Shown here: piece by piece, positions 18,750-31,053 of the stretch | How the letters are laid out: every line of letters starts with the position of its first letter | Numbering within the stretch: the first letter of the stretch is position 1 | Assembly: GCA_904395885.1 (NCBI GenBank) | Contig: CAJFOF010000061.1 | Span: 22,541 to 86,540 of the forward strand | Length of the DNA: 64,000 bases | From: an uncultured Lachnospiraceae bacterium | Lineage (GTDB): Bacteria; Bacillota; Clostridia; Lachnospirales; Lachnospiraceae | Direction of reading: 5' to 3' | Made by a program: the position numbers and the translations under genes | The notes under the pieces: model-generated | The model's input: only the letters and a program-made list of their open reading frames with translations | Told to the model about the DNA's origin: nothing | Databases searched by the model: none

Positions 18750-19640
18750 ATGGAACTACTTCAGCTTCGCTACTTTTTAGTGGCGGCCCAATACCAGCAT
18801 ATGACAAAGGCCGCAGAGCAGCTTCAGATCGCTCAGCCGGCTCTCTCGCAGGCCATTCACCGGCTGGAAATTGAGCTGGGGGTCTCCCTTTTTGACAGAA
18901 AGAACCGGAGCATCGAATTAAATGAATCCGGAAAACTTTTGCAGAAGCGCCTTATTCCCATTCTGAGCGCGCTGGACCGGATACCGGAAGAATTAAAAGA
19001 AGGACAGAACCAGGCGGCCCATACGATTCATCTGAAAATTTTAGCTGCATCCTCACTTCTGACCAACCGTATTATCGCGTACAGGGCTATGCGCCCGGAC
19101 GTCAACTTTCAACTTTATCAGTCCGACGCACAGACGGATTACGACGTCTGCGTTTCTGCTATACGGGCCGGCGCGTCCGGGCAGGAAAACGGAGATTACA
19201 TGGTTATGCTGGAAGAAGACTTGTATCTGGCGGTACCGGCCCATTCGCCTTTTGGAAAAAAGAAATCCATCCGGCTGGCTGATACCAGAGATACCGGCTA
19301 TATCTGCCTGGCCGGATCCAGACCTATCCGGCAGATCTGCAACAGTTATTTTGACGAGGCAGATTTTAGCCCCAAAATTATTTTTGAAAGTGATTCTACA
19401 GAATCCGTGAGGAATCTGATCGCCGCCGGTCTGGGGATCGGCTTTTGGCCTCAGTATTCCTGGGGACCGATGACAGAGGAATGGAATCAGACATCCGCCC
19501 AGTCTCATATCAAACTCTTGCCAATCGCCGATCAGGTGTGCCGTCGGCAGATCATTCTCACCTGCTCATCCCACGGAAAAGAAAATCCTATCGTTATGGA
19601 TTTCTGTAATTTCCTGATTCACAATTCCAAGTGGCTGTAG
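18750..19640 (+). CDS. LysR family transcriptional regulator
   Basis: N-terminal HTH MELLQLRYFLVAAQYQHMTKAAEQLQIAQPALSQAIHRLE plus a LysR substrate-binding domain. Confidence 0.88.
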   Translation: MELLQLRYFLVAAQYQHMTKAAEQLQIAQPALSQAIHRLEIELGVSLFDRKNRSIELNESGKLLQKRLIPILSALDRIPEELKEGQNQAAHTIHLKILAASSLLTNRIIAYRAMRPDVNFQLYQSDAQTDYDVCVSAIRAGASGQENGDYMVMLEEDLYLAVPAHSPFGKKKSIRLADTRDTGYICLAGSRPIRQICNSYFDEADFSPKIIFESDSTESVRNLIAAGLGIGFWPQYSWGPMTEEWNQTSAQSHIKLLPIADQVCRRQIILTCSSHGKENPIVMDFCNFLIHNSKWL

Positions 19641-19695
19641 GGCTATCTTCTTGCCTGCCTGTGGCAGCCAAGAAGCATCGGATATTCATCCGATG

Positions 19696-19760
19696 AAAAA
19701 GAACGAGAAGAGAAGGCCTTGCAAGCTAGCTTGCAGAGCCTCCTCTCCTCGTCTTTTTTC
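19696..19760. terminator. Bidirectional terminator between the LysR gene and atpC
   Basis: A long imperfect hairpin at 19705-19750 is centred on GCAAGCTAGCTTGC and has T-runs on both strands. A second small hairpin, CATCGGAT/ATCCGATG, lies at 19676-19695. Confidence 0.65.
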
Positions 19761-19773
19761 GCCCTCTGAATTG

Positions 19774-20193
19774 TTAGTCTAAGTTTTTGGGGCCTTTTTT
19801 TACTTTTAGCCTGGACAGGGCTCTTGCCATGGATGCCTGGGACATCTGGAATTCCCGGATGCTCTGTTTCTGGCGCATCTGTTCTTTTGCGCGCTCCAGG
19901 GCCTCTCTCGCTCTGACCTCATCGATATCTTCCGGCCGTTCAGCCGTGTCCACGATGACCGTCACCCGGTTGTTGGCTACCTGGACGATTCCCAGCCCCA
20001 CAACGGCCTCCTGCCATTGGCTGCTGCCAGGAGTCAAAAATCGCAGGACGCCTTCCTGAGTGGCCAGAATCATGGCCTCTCTGTGGGCAAGAATCCCCAG
20101 CTCCCCATCCTGGGCGGGAACTACCAGTTTTTCGCAATTCTCATTAAAAAACACATGGTCGCTGGCAATAATTTTTAGCCAAAACGCTGACAT
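19774..20193 (-). CDS. atpC: F0F1 ATP synthase subunit epsilon
   Basis: 139 aa. Position after atpD and sequence ...VVPAQDGELGILAHREAM... Confidence 0.9.
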   Translation of the reverse strand: MSAFWLKIIASDHVFFNENCEKLVVPAQDGELGILAHREAMILATQEGVLRFLTPGSSQWQEAVVGLGIVQVANNRVTVIVDTAERPEDIDEVRAREALERAKEQMRQKQSIREFQMSQASMARALSRLKVKKGPKNLD

Positions 20194-20226
20194 AGGATCT
20201 GCTCCTTTCGTTCACAGGAAAGGGGA

Positions 20227-22523
<2,297 letters not shown>

Positions 22524-22541
22524 CTTCTATCCTTCTTTCTT

Positions 22542-24050
22542 CTAAAATTCTGCCTTAAATGTCTCAGCCGCCTGAACGATCTGCTGGATCAGTTTATCGG
22601 TCAGAACCTTCTTCTCTTCAATCTCCTGTCCGATCTCCGGGTGATTGTCGTCGAACCATTGGAGCATGTTCATCTGAAATTCCTTGATTTGTGCTACGTC
22701 CACGGTGAGCATCACCCGATGAGTGGCGGCGCAAAGAGTGATGACCTGCTCGTGCAGGCTCAGAGGCCGTCCAAGAGGCTGCTTTAACAGCTCCATCAGC
22801 CGTTTTCCATAGGCGAGCTGTTCCTTGGTAGCTTCGTCCAGATCGGAGCTGAACTGGGTAAAGACTTCCATTTCCCGGTACTGTGCCAGGTCGATGCGGA
22901 TGGATCCGCTGGCTTTTTTCATGGCCTTTGTCTGGGCTGCGCCGCCTACACGGGAAACCGACAATCCCACATTGACAGCGGGGCGCATGCCGGAGAAAAA
23001 CAGATCGCTTTCCAGAAAGATCTGGCCATCCGTGATAGAGATTACGTTGGTGGGAATATAGGCGGAGACATCACCTGCCTGGGTCTCTATGATTGGAAGG
23101 GCTGTGATGGAACCGCCGCCCTTTTCATCGGAAAGACGGCTGGACCGCTCCAAAAGTCTGGAATGGAGATAAAAAACATCGCCTGGGTAAGCCTCACGGC
23201 CCGGAGACCGCTCCAAAAGGAGGGACAGCGCTCGGTAGGCAACAGCGTGCTTGGACAAATCGTCGTAGACGATCAGCACATCCCTGCCCTGGTACATGAA
23301 GAATTCTGCCATAGCGGTTCCTGCATAGGGGGCGATATACTGAAGGGGCGCTGAGTCACTGGCAGTGGAGGACATGACAATGGTGTATTCCATAGCTCCG
23401 CTCTTTTTCAGGGTATTGACCAGTTTTGCCACTGTGGATGCCTTCTGGCCGATAGCCACATAGACACAGATGACATCCTTTCCCTTCTGGTTCAGAATGG
23501 TATCCAGGGCGATGGAAGTCTTTCCGGTCTGGCGATCTCCAATGATCAGTTCCCGCTGGCCTCTGCCTATGGGAAACATGGAATCAATGGCCAGAATTCC
23601 GGTCTCCATGGGGACGCCTACCGATTTCCGGTCTACAATACCAGGGGCCTCTTCCTCCACCGGCCGGTAGCCCTCTTCCTCCACCGGACCCAGGCCATCG
23701 ATGGGTTCCCCCAGGGCGTTGACGACTCTTCCCAGAAAACCGCTGCCTACGGGGACGCCAGCTTTTCTCTTAGTCCTGACGACCTTGGTTCCCTGGGTAA
23801 TTCCGGTATCTTTTCCGAACAGGATGCATCCGATCTCGTGTCTGCGGATATCCTGAACCATCCCTTTGACGCCGTTTTCAAACACAACGATCTCCCCGTA
23901 CATGGCGTGGTCGATGCCGTAGACAATGGCGATTCCGTCGCCTACCCAGATGACGGAACCCGTCTCCTGCTCACTTTCTCTATGTACATCGTAATCTTCA
24001 ATTTCGCTTTTTATAATGGAAATGATTTCCTGAGAACTGATGGTACTCAT
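22542..24050 (-). CDS. atpA: F0F1 ATP synthase subunit alpha
   Basis: P-loop GDRQTGKT, 502 aa, typical alpha subunit sequence. Confidence 0.97.
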   Translation of the reverse strand: MSTISSQEIISIIKSEIEDYDVHRESEQETGSVIWVGDGIAIVYGIDHAMYGEIVVFENGVKGMVQDIRRHEIGCILFGKDTGITQGTKVVRTKRKAGVPVGSGFLGRVVNALGEPIDGLGPVEEEGYRPVEEEAPGIVDRKSVGVPMETGILAIDSMFPIGRGQRELIIGDRQTGKTSIALDTILNQKGKDVICVYVAIGQKASTVAKLVNTLKKSGAMEYTIVMSSTASDSAPLQYIAPYAGTAMAEFFMYQGRDVLIVYDDLSKHAVAYRALSLLLERSPGREAYPGDVFYLHSRLLERSSRLSDEKGGGSITALPIIETQAGDVSAYIPTNVISITDGQIFLESDLFFSGMRPAVNVGLSVSRVGGAAQTKAMKKASGSIRIDLAQYREMEVFTQFSSDLDEATKEQLAYGKRLMELLKQPLGRPLSLHEQVITLCAATHRVMLTVDVAQIKEFQMNMLQWFDDNHPEIGQEIEEKKVLTDKLIQQIVQAAETFKAEF

Positions 24051-24062
24051 AATGTAAGACTC

Positions 24063-24578
24063 CTATCCTGCAACAGCCCTGTTGAGCCGAGTCAGCCGGC
24101 CTTTCAGACTGTAGTCATACTCAATATCGCCGACTTTTAAAAGAAAGCCGCCGATCAGCTCTGGGTTGTAAACCAACGTCAGTTCCACATCCCTTTTCTG
24201 ATGTTTTCTGCACAAAAACCGCCTGATTCCGGCAATCTGTGCCGCATCCGGCTCAGTGACATAATACAGGGAGGCCTCCAGAACGCCGGCTTCCTCCAGC
24301 GCGTGTTCCCGGCAGGCGGATACGATATCCCGAAACTGGCCGATACAGCCTGCTTCGCAGGCTTTTTTCAGAAAGCTGGCTATAAGGGGAGAAAAATCCG
24401 GCCCGGAAAAGATCTGGCTGATGATCGCCAGCTTCCTGTTCAGCGGTATGGTCGGATCGGTCAGAACCAAAGGCAGTTCAGGCGTGCCCTCCAGAACTCC
24501 CAGGGCCTTCTGCACCATTTCCTCCGGCAGCCTCAGCCGATATAATACGGCTCCATAGAGCCTTGCCTGCTCACTCAT
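24063..24578 (-). CDS. atpH: F0F1 ATP synthase subunit delta (OSCP)
   Basis: Its position between atpF and atpA, plus an OSCP-like C-terminus (GGFLLKVGDIEYDYSLKGRL). The start is taken at MSEQARLYG, which overlaps the atpF stop. An upstream ATG at 24626 is also possible. Confidence 0.85.
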   Translation of the reverse strand: MSEQARLYGAVLYRLRLPEEMVQKALGVLEGTPELPLVLTDPTIPLNRKLAIISQIFSGPDFSPLIASFLKKACEAGCIGQFRDIVSACREHALEEAGVLEASLYYVTEPDAAQIAGIRRFLCRKHQKRDVELTLVYNPELIGGFLLKVGDIEYDYSLKGRLTRLNRAVAG

Positions 24579-25062
24579 GCCCGTCACCTGATTCTGCCAG
24601 AAATGATTGATATAGCTGCCGGTCACGGTCCGGCCCGCTCTGATCGCCCAGCACCTTTTCGGCGGCCGTCATGGCCAATTCTGCAACAGAAGCCTTTAAA
24701 TCATGCAATGCCTTTTCCTTTTCAAGGGCAATCGTCTGGTCTGCATGCTCCAGCTTTTTTGCCGCATCCGCATTTGCCTGACTTAAAATCCGGTCGTATT
24801 CGGCACGTGCCCTGCTTCTGGCATCCTCGACGATCCTGGAGGCTTCCTCACCGGCTGCATTGATAGATGCGGCGTAAGTTTCTTTTAACTGATTGGCCTC
24901 CTCTTTTGCGGCGCTGGCTGCATCCAGATCATGCTCGATCATATTTTTTCTGTCGTCCAGGATCTGTTTTACCGGCCCGATCAGAAAGTGCTTCATGAAA
25001 AAGTACAGGACCAGAAGATTGATGATGGTAAAGGCGATGTTCCAAAAGTCTATTTTTAACAT
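24571..25062 (-). CDS. atpF: F0F1 ATP synthase subunit b
   Basis: 163 aa, with one N-terminal TM helix followed by a long Ala/Glu/Lys-rich helix. Confidence 0.88.
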   Translation of the reverse strand: MLKIDFWNIAFTIINLLVLYFFMKHFLIGPVKQILDDRKNMIEHDLDAASAAKEEANQLKETYAASINAAGEEASRIVEDARSRARAEYDRILSQANADAAKKLEHADQTIALEKEKALHDLKASVAELAMTAAEKVLGDQSGPDRDRQLYQSFLAESGDGHE

Positions 25063-25107
25063 ATCTAACGCCTTTCTGTCTAATGGTGAATTTTTCCTGG
25101 CAGGGAA

Positions 25108-25332
25108 TTACTTTAAGAACAGAATGATCAGCAGACCGATGACAAAGCCGTAAATTGCCGTTGCCTCTGCCAGAGCACATCCAAGGAGCAGAGCCTTGGT
25201 GATCTTACCGTCAGCCTCCGGCTGTCTTGCGATGGCGTCCACTGCCTTTGAGGTAGCCATGCCGATTCCGATTCCGGCTCCGACGCCTGTAATAACTGCC
25301 ACTGCAGCTCCGATAGCGATTAATCCAGTCAT
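25108..25332 (-). CDS. atpE: F0F1 ATP synthase subunit c
   Basis: 74 aa hairpin proteolipid with an ARQPE loop and carboxylate E in LAEATAIYG. Confidence 0.93.
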   Translation of the reverse strand: MTGLIAIGAAVAVITGVGAGIGIGMATSKAVDAIARQPEADGKITKALLLGCALAEATAIYGFVIGLLIILFLK

Positions 25333-25355
25333 AATGATTCTCTCCTTTGTCTAAT

Positions 25356-26042
25356 TTACTCAACTGCTTCTTTTATATATAATGACGTGAGGAATACAAA
25401 CACATAGGCCTGTATGATCCCGTCAAATATATCAAAATAGAAACTGAAAGGCAGCGGGATGACCAGCGGGATCAGATATTTGATCAGCGCCATGACCACC
25501 ACGGCTCCCAGAACGTTCCCGAAAAGCCGCATACACAGGGACAGCGGCCGGATAAACAGCTCCAGTATGTTGATCGGGGCAACGATCGGGATTGGCTCTG
25601 CAAAACTCTTCAGCCAGTTCTTCACTCCCTTTTTGCGGATTCCGGCTGCTTCCACCAGGACGATGCTCATCACTGCCAGGGAGGCCGTCACATTCAGGTC
25701 CTTTGTGGGAGATTTAAAGCCCAGAAGGCCGATCATATTGGCGATCCCAATGTAGATGACCACTGTAATCAGGTAGGGAATATAGTCCTTCCCGTCTTTC
25801 CCCAGAAGATCCTCAAAAAAGCCGTAGATAAAGGCGATGCCGCTCTCCAGAGCCGCCTGCCGGCTATTGATTTGGCGGATCTTCAGGCCTCTGACCAGCA
25901 GCAGGGAGGCCGCCATGATGATTGCCATGATGATCCAGGTCACGACCACGGACTCCAGGACATCAATACCGCCGAACAGGGGTATTGTAAATACAGCATT
26001 GCAGTTCAGCTCCTCCATCAGGGAATCTACTAATCCGTCCAT
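25356..26042 (-). CDS. atpB: F0F1 ATP synthase subunit a
   Basis: 228 aa, polytopic, with the conserved Arg in LSLCMRLFGN. Confidence 0.92.
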   Translation of the reverse strand: MDGLVDSLMEELNCNAVFTIPLFGGIDVLESVVVTWIIMAIIMAASLLLVRGLKIRQINSRQAALESGIAFIYGFFEDLLGKDGKDYIPYLITVVIYIGIANMIGLLGFKSPTKDLNVTASLAVMSIVLVEAAGIRKKGVKNWLKSFAEPIPIVAPINILELFIRPLSLCMRLFGNVLGAVVVMALIKYLIPLVIPLPFSFYFDIFDGIIQAYVFVFLTSLYIKEAVE

Positions 26043-26296
26043 TTTCTCACCTCTTTCCCCATTGCTTTGCCTATTATAATAATCTGATTTTCCAAATACA
26101 AGTATTCTTTTTTTATCGTTTCATAATTTTAAAGTTATAGAAATGGCAAAAAATAAAAAATGCATAAAAACAAAATATAGTTTTCATGCATTTTTCGACG
26201 ATTTCTTTATAAATTTTTTATAAACTTTTTCTCGTTTTCTGCTAAAAAGGAAAATTTTTCTGATGGATGAGAAAAATTTTCGTTTAATCTCTACGA

Positions 26297-26880
26297 TTAG
26301 AAGCCATAGATCCGGTTCATGGAGTAATCCATATTTTTCATGATGGCGCTGTCAAAATTCTTCTTGATCAGATCCATTTTCAGGTCCCGGTACTCCGGAT
26401 GATCCCACAGATTGACGAATTCCTCCGGATCCTCCTTCAGGTCATAGAGCTCCCCGCAGTCCTTTCCGTGGAAATTGACCAGCTTGTACCTGCCGTCAAA
26501 GTACATGGTTCCAAAGTAGTCGTCGTGGGAGCCCTCCATGCAGTGATAAAATTCGGAATATATGGACTCCTTATGGAAATGGGGATCCGCTTTTCCAGTG
26601 AGAATAGGCGCCAGACTCTTGCCCTGCATAAAATACGGGACTTCCAGTCCGGCCAGTTCCATCAGGGTGGGAGCGATGTCAACCAATTCTACCAGCGCAT
26701 CGGACCGGAGGCCTTTTGCGATTCTGGACGGGCAGGAGAAAATCAGGGGGACATGGACAAGGGCCTCATAGTCTGTCAGTGTGACAAAAGGTTCCGCCAG
26801 GCCATCCTGTCCTCCCTAGTAGAGATCTTTCTGCTGATGAGGCGGCTTGTTTTCCAGCTCCCCCTCTTTCCACAGCGGTA
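26297..26880 (-). pseudogene. Sulfatase pseudogene: only the C-terminal third is present, with an internal TAG
   Basis: The 129 aa ORF (VDIAPTLMELAGLEVP...) is a sulfatase C-terminal region. Upstream in the same frame my own translation gives PLWKEGELENKPPHQQKDLY*GGQDGLAEPFVTLTDYEALVHVPLIFSCP, with TAG at 26818-26816. The N-terminal catalytic (FGly) part is absent. Confidence 0.7.
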
Positions 26881-26925
26881 AGGGAATCTCTTGCGGCCAG
26901 ACTGGCGCTAAGTCCACGCCAGACC

Positions 26926-27135
26926 GAACGCTTTTTAAAGGATTATTATGGGAAGACATTTCTTCAGAAAAAGACAGAGGCTCGCATGTCGGCAGCCAAG
27001 ATATATCTTGAAGTCCCGGAAATGAGCATAGCAGAAATTGCTGACCGGTTGAATTACTCTTCCAGTCAGCATTTTTCGTATGCTTTTAAGCAGTATTACG
27101 GCATTTCTGCTACTGAGTACAGAAAAAGATTATGA
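26926..27135 (+). pseudogene. AraC family regulator remnant (C-terminal HTH only)
   Basis: My own translation gives ERFLKDYYGKTFLQKKTEARMSAAKIYLEVPEMSIAEIADRLNYSSSQHFSYAFKQYYGISATEYRKRL*. This is the second AraC HTH. No N-terminal domain or start codon is present. Confidence 0.7.
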
Positions 27136-27141
27136 GAAAAA

Positions 27142-28380
27142 TCAATTACAGAAACCTGCTGCCTCAAAATCCTTTACGATCTGGATCAAAATCTCAACGA
27201 TTTTTTCCAGAGACTGGACGCTGGCAAATTCATGGACGCCATGGAAATTCTCGCCTCCGGCGCAGAGGTTCGGACAGGGCAGACCCATATAGGACAGGCG
27301 TGCGCCGTCAGTGCCTCCGCGGATGGGAACCACAGTGGGGGCAACTCCCGTCTCCTCCATGGCCTTTTTGGCGATGTCGATCAGGTACATGTGAGGCTCG
27401 ATTTTTTCCTTCATGTTGTAGTAAGAGTCCTTTACTGCTGCCTCAATCGTCCCCTCTCCATACTTCTCGTTGAGGAAATCGGCTGCCTGGAGGAAGATCT
27501 TCTTTTTGGCCTCAAACTTCTCCCTGTCGTGATCCCGGATGATGTAATCCATGCGGGTCTCCACCATGTCGCCCTGGATCTCGCCCAGATGGAAGAAACC
27601 CTCGTAGCCTTCTGTGTACATGGGATTCTGTTCTACCGGAAGCATCCGGTGAAATTCCATTGCCATCAGGATGGCGTTTTTCATAGCGTTCTTTGCGGAT
27701 CCGGGATGGACTCCCCGGCCGTGAACCGTCACTCTGCCGGCTGCAGCGTTAAAGTTTTCATATTCAATTTCGCCCAGCGCGCCGCCGTCTACCGTGTAGG
27801 CTACATCGGCGCCAAAGCCCTGTACGTCAAAATCATCAGCCCCACGGCCTACTTCCTCATCAGGCGTAAAGCCAATGCAGACTTTTCCGTGAGGAATTTC
27901 CGGGTGGGCAAGGAGATACTCCGCCATGGCCATGATCTCGGCGACGCCGGCCTTGTCATCTGCGCCCAGGAGAGTCGTTCCGTCCGTGACGATCAGATCC
28001 TGGCCTACATAGCGCAGCAGGCACGGAAATTCTTTCGGCGTCAGGGAGATATCCTTCTCCTGATTTAAACAGATGGTTTCTCCGTCGTAATTCTCTACAA
28101 TCCGCGGCGCGACGTTTGTGCCGGGAGCGTCCGGGGAGGTATCCATGTGAGAGATAAATCCCAGGACAGGAACCTCTTTTGGGGAGGTGGCAGGAATTAC
28201 TGCGTAGACGTAGGAGGAGGAGCTTACCCGAACCTCCTCCGCTCCCATGGCCTTTAATTCCCCAGCCAGGAGCTGGGCCAGAACCCGCTGCTTTTCCGTG
28301 CTGGGAATCGGCTCCTGTTCATCTTTTGACTGGGTGTCATAGGATACATACCTTAAAAATTTATCAATAACAGAAGACAT
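27142..28380 (-). CDS. pepT: Peptidase T (tripeptide aminopeptidase, M20B)
   Basis: [18 protein letters not shown]...GFISHMDT...GADDKAG...TPDEEVG: full-length PepT pattern, 412 aa. Confidence 0.92.
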   Translation of the reverse strand: MSSVIDKFLRYVSYDTQSKDEQEPIPSTEKQRVLAQLLAGELKAMGAEEVRVSSSSYVYAVIPATSPKEVPVLGFISHMDTSPDAPGTNVAPRIVENYDGETICLNQEKDISLTPKEFPCLLRYVGQDLIVTDGTTLLGADDKAGVAEIMAMAEYLLAHPEIPHGKVCIGFTPDEEVGRGADDFDVQGFGADVAYTVDGGALGEIEYENFNAAAGRVTVHGRGVHPGSAKNAMKNAILMAMEFHRMLPVEQNPMYTEGYEGFFHLGEIQGDMVETRMDYIIRDHDREKFEAKKKIFLQAADFLNEKYGEGTIEAAVKDSYYNMKEKIEPHMYLIDIAKKAMEETGVAPTVVPIRGGTDGARLSYMGLPCPNLCAGGENFHGVHEFASVQSLEKIVEILIQIVKDFEAAGFCN

Positions 28381-28435
28381 GGTAAAGTTTATTCCTTTCT
28401 ATCGAAAATATATTTACATAATATTTTTATGTCAA

Positions 28436-29746
28436 CTATCTGTTTGCCAGCTCTTCCGTGATCTCCTCCCAGGAGATCCCCCGCTGCGCCATCAACACCA
28501 TCATGTGGTACAGGAAATCAGCCATCTCATATTTGACCTCTTCCGGGTTGGGATTTTTAGCTGCGATCACGATCTCTGTGCACTCCTCTCCCAATTTCTT
28601 CAGGATCTTATCGATTCCCTTGTCAAAGAGATAGTTGGTGTAGGACCCCTCTTTTGGATGGATCTTTCTGTCCTGAATCACGCCGTACACGTCCTCAAAA
28701 ACCTTCAGAGGGTTGAGGGAGCGGTACTCTTTTTCCGCCAGGGTCTGGAAGAAACAGGACTTTGCACCGGTGTGGCAGGCGGCTCCCACCTGAGCCACCT
28801 TTGCAAGGATGGTATCATTATCGCAGTCCAGATGGAGGGACTTGACGTACTGAAAATGGCCGGATGTCTCGCCCTTGACCCACAGCTTGCATCTGCTTCT
28901 GCTGTAGTAGGTCATACGCCCCGTCTGAAGGGTCTTCCGGTAGGCTTCTTCGTTCATATAGGCCACCATCAGGACTTCCATGGTCTTATAGTCCTGCACC
29001 ACCACCGGAATCAGGCCGTCGGAGTTGAGCTTAAATTCTTTCCAGGGGACAGCGCTCTCGAAGGTGGAGACCGGGATTCCTCTGGCCTTCAGCTCCTGCT
29101 TCATATTCATACAGTTGCCCTCTTTCTCACCGGGCACTGTGAGGATGACGCCGCTTACAGAGGGGACCTTCAGGTAGGAGGTGATGGTTCCCGGCACATC
29201 GTCGTCGCAGGCCGCCAGAAATTCGTAGGGCATCTGAGACAGGCGATAGAGATCGCGGTCTTCCATGTGGTTCTCATCCAATATCATTTTGGATGCCCCT
29301 AGCTGAGCGTACTCCGCAGCCCGATCCAGGTAAGAGACGTCAGGCAGATAGGCGTATATTTTTTCGCTGCCGAACCGGTCGGCAGCCTCTTTGATGAGAT
29401 CCACATTCTCCGGGACAGAGGCGTCCAAAAATACGGCCTTGGCACCGGCATACAGATACTTTTTCACATCCTCCAGCCGCTTCACACGGCCTCCGGTGAT
29501 GATGGGGGGATCGATTTCTCTGGCCACCTCTTTGATGATGCCGATGGTTCTCTCGTGATCTTCGTCAGTCTGAGACAGATCGTGGATAAACAGCTCATCG
29601 GCTCCGTTGTCGCTGTAGTATTTTGCCAGCGTCAAAATATCGTTGCTGTAGTATTCCTGCCCATAGTCCCGGATAATCGCCTGCCCTTCCCGGCATCCGA
29701 AACTGGGAATCAGCTTTTTAACCGTTTCCATAATTTCCTCCCTCAT
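28436..29746 (-). CDS. hisI: Tri-domain protein: degenerate HisF/HisA-like (beta/alpha)8 domain + phosphoribosyl-AMP cyclohydrolase (HisI) + phosphoribosyl-ATP pyrophosphatase (HisE)
   Basis: HisI block [25 protein letters not shown]...[10 protein letters not shown]...DCDNDTIL...ACHTG. HisE block [30 protein letters not shown]...[13 protein letters not shown]. The roughly 230 aa N-terminus aligns with HisF ([28 protein letters not shown]). Confidence 0.85.
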   Translation of the reverse strand: MREEIMETVKKLIPSFGCREGQAIIRDYGQEYYSNDILTLAKYYSDNGADELFIHDLSQTDEDHERTIGIIKEVAREIDPPIITGGRVKRLEDVKKYLYAGAKAVFLDASVPENVDLIKEAADRFGSEKIYAYLPDVSYLDRAAEYAQLGASKMILDENHMEDRDLYRLSQMPYEFLAACDDDVPGTITSYLKVPSVSGVILTVPGEKEGNCMNMKQELKARGIPVSTFESAVPWKEFKLNSDGLIPVVVQDYKTMEVLMVAYMNEEAYRKTLQTGRMTYYSRSRCKLWVKGETSGHFQYVKSLHLDCDNDTILAKVAQVGAACHTGAKSCFFQTLAEKEYRSLNPLKVFEDVYGVIQDRKIHPKEGSYTNYLFDKGIDKILKKLGEECTEIVIAAKNPNPEEVKYEMADFLYHMMVLMAQRGISWEEITEELANR

Positions 29747-30469
29747 TTAGGCCTCAAAGCGGCCGACTGCTTCCTCCAGATTGATTCTGCCCTCATAGAG
29801 AGCTTTCCCAATAATCGCCCCGCAGATACCCGCCTGATTCAGGGCCTCCAGGTCTTCCATCGAGGAGACTCCTCCGGAGGCGATCACATCCAGGCCGGTC
29901 TCCGCGGTCAGCATCCGCGTGGCCTCCACATTGGGGCCAGTCAGCATGCCGTCCCTGGAAATATCGGTGTAGACCACATGGCGAACACCGAAATCCTTCA
30001 TCATCAGGCAGAGATCCTTTGCCGGGAGGGAGCTGACCTTCTCCCAGCCTTCCACTGCAACCAGACCGTCTTTGGCATCCACTCCCAGGACAATCCGTTC
30101 CGGGCCAAAGGTTTCGATCAATTCCCGCATAAACTCCGGGCGCTCCACGGCCTTCGTCCCGATGATGACGCGGGAAACGCCGATATCCAGGATTTCTTTT
30201 ACGGACTCAGCCGTCCGGATGCCGCCCCCCAGCTCCAAAGGGATGGAGACAGTCTCCAGGATCTTTTTCACTGCCTGAATATTCACCGGATGCCCGGCCA
30301 GAGCTCCGTCAAGGTCTACAAGGTGGAGAAAAGATGCCCCCTTCTCTGCCCAGAGCTTTGCCATGTCTGCCGGGGTGTCGGAGTAGACGGTTACATTGTC
30401 GAACAGTCCCTGCTTTAAGCGCACGCACTGCCCGTTTTTCATATCAATAGCGGGATATAACTGCATCAC
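29747..30469 (-). CDS. hisA: ProFAR isomerase (1-(5-phosphoribosyl)-5-[(5-phosphoribosylamino)methylideneamino]imidazole-4-carboxamide isomerase)
   Basis: LYPAIDMKNGQCVRL...HLVDLDGA...GGGIR...TDISRDGMLTG...ASGGVSS. Confidence 0.92.
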   Translation of the reverse strand: MMQLYPAIDMKNGQCVRLKQGLFDNVTVYSDTPADMAKLWAEKGASFLHLVDLDGALAGHPVNIQAVKKILETVSIPLELGGGIRTAESVKEILDIGVSRVIIGTKAVERPEFMRELIETFGPERIVLGVDAKDGLVAVEGWEKVSSLPAKDLCLMMKDFGVRHVVYTDISRDGMLTGPNVEATRMLTAETGLDVIASGGVSSMEDLEALNQAGICGAIIGKALYEGRINLEEAVGRFEA

Positions 30470-31053
30470 AGACTTCCTTTCGTAGAGAGTACGTCCTGGA
30501 TTCTGGCATCTGTAGCCAGAGCCTCGTCCAGAGCTTTGGCGAAGGCCTTAAAAGCCCCCTCGATAATATGATGGCTGTTGAAGCCGGCAAGCTGCCGGAT
30601 ATGGAGGTTCATGGCCGCGCTGTACGATACGGCGTAGAAAAATTCCCGGATCATCTCGGTCTCCAGAGTTCCCACAAATTCCCGGTCCAGCTTCAGGTCG
30701 TAGCCCAGATAGGGACGGCCGCACAGATCCAGGGAGCAAAGAATGAGAGCCTCGTCCATGGGGAGGATCTTTGAGCCGTAGCGAACAATCCCCTTCTTAT
30801 CTCCGGCCGCCTCCCGGATCGCTGTGCCCAGAACGATCCCCACATCTTCAATGGTGTGGTGGGTATCGACTTCCAGGTCACCTTTTACCTCCAGCTCCAG
30901 ATCAAAAAAGCCGTGGCGGGCGAAACTGGCCAGCATATGGTCGAAAAATCCGATCCCTGTGCGGATCCTGCTCTCGCCGGATCCGTCCAGATTTAAAGAC
31001 ATGCGGATCTGCGTTTCCCTGGTATTGCGGGTGATCTCTGCCGTTCTTGCCAT
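30466..31053 (-). CDS. hisB: Imidazoleglycerol-phosphate dehydratase
   Basis: RNTRETQI...GIGFFDHML...DTHHTIED...HHIIEA-type motifs, 195 aa. Confidence 0.93.
   Translation of the reverse strand: MARTAEITRNTRETQIRMSLNLDGSGESRIRTGIGFFDHMLASFARHGFFDLELEVKGDLEVDTHHTIEDVGIVLGTAIREAAGDKKGIVRYGSKILPMDEALILCSLDLCGRPYLGYDLKLDREFVGTLETEMIREFFYAVSYSAAMNLHIRQLAGFNSHHIIEGAFKAFAKALDEALATDARIQDVLSTKGSL

Noticed and set aside
25108-25332. Possible Na+-translocating c subunit.
   Set aside because: The residue aligned with the Na+-ligand Gln is Ile (GIGIGMA), and the carboxylate is followed by Ala-Thr rather than Ser-Thr. This fits an ordinary H+-coupled enzyme.
26043-26296. 250 nt AT-rich region upstream of atpB, considered as a possible atpI gene or small RNA.
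   Set aside because: It has no ORF with an RBS and no hydrophobic product. It contains only a hairpin (AAAAATGCAT...ATGCATTTTT, about 26156-26196) that fits a terminator for the sulfatase remnant, plus promoter-like AT-rich sequence.
27232-30418. Long plus-strand ORFs of 278, 307 and 287 aa (27232-28068, 28379-29302, 29555-30418) lie antisense to pepT, hisIE and hisA. Similar ones occur at 36262-37017, 41663-42514, 51597-52361, 56161-56928 and 33208-33870.
   Set aside because: Each lies entirely inside a minus-strand gene with unmistakable family motifs. Their products are low-complexity and rich in Arg, Gly, His and Leu, and they lack RBS signals. These are typical shadow ORFs of codon-biased genes.
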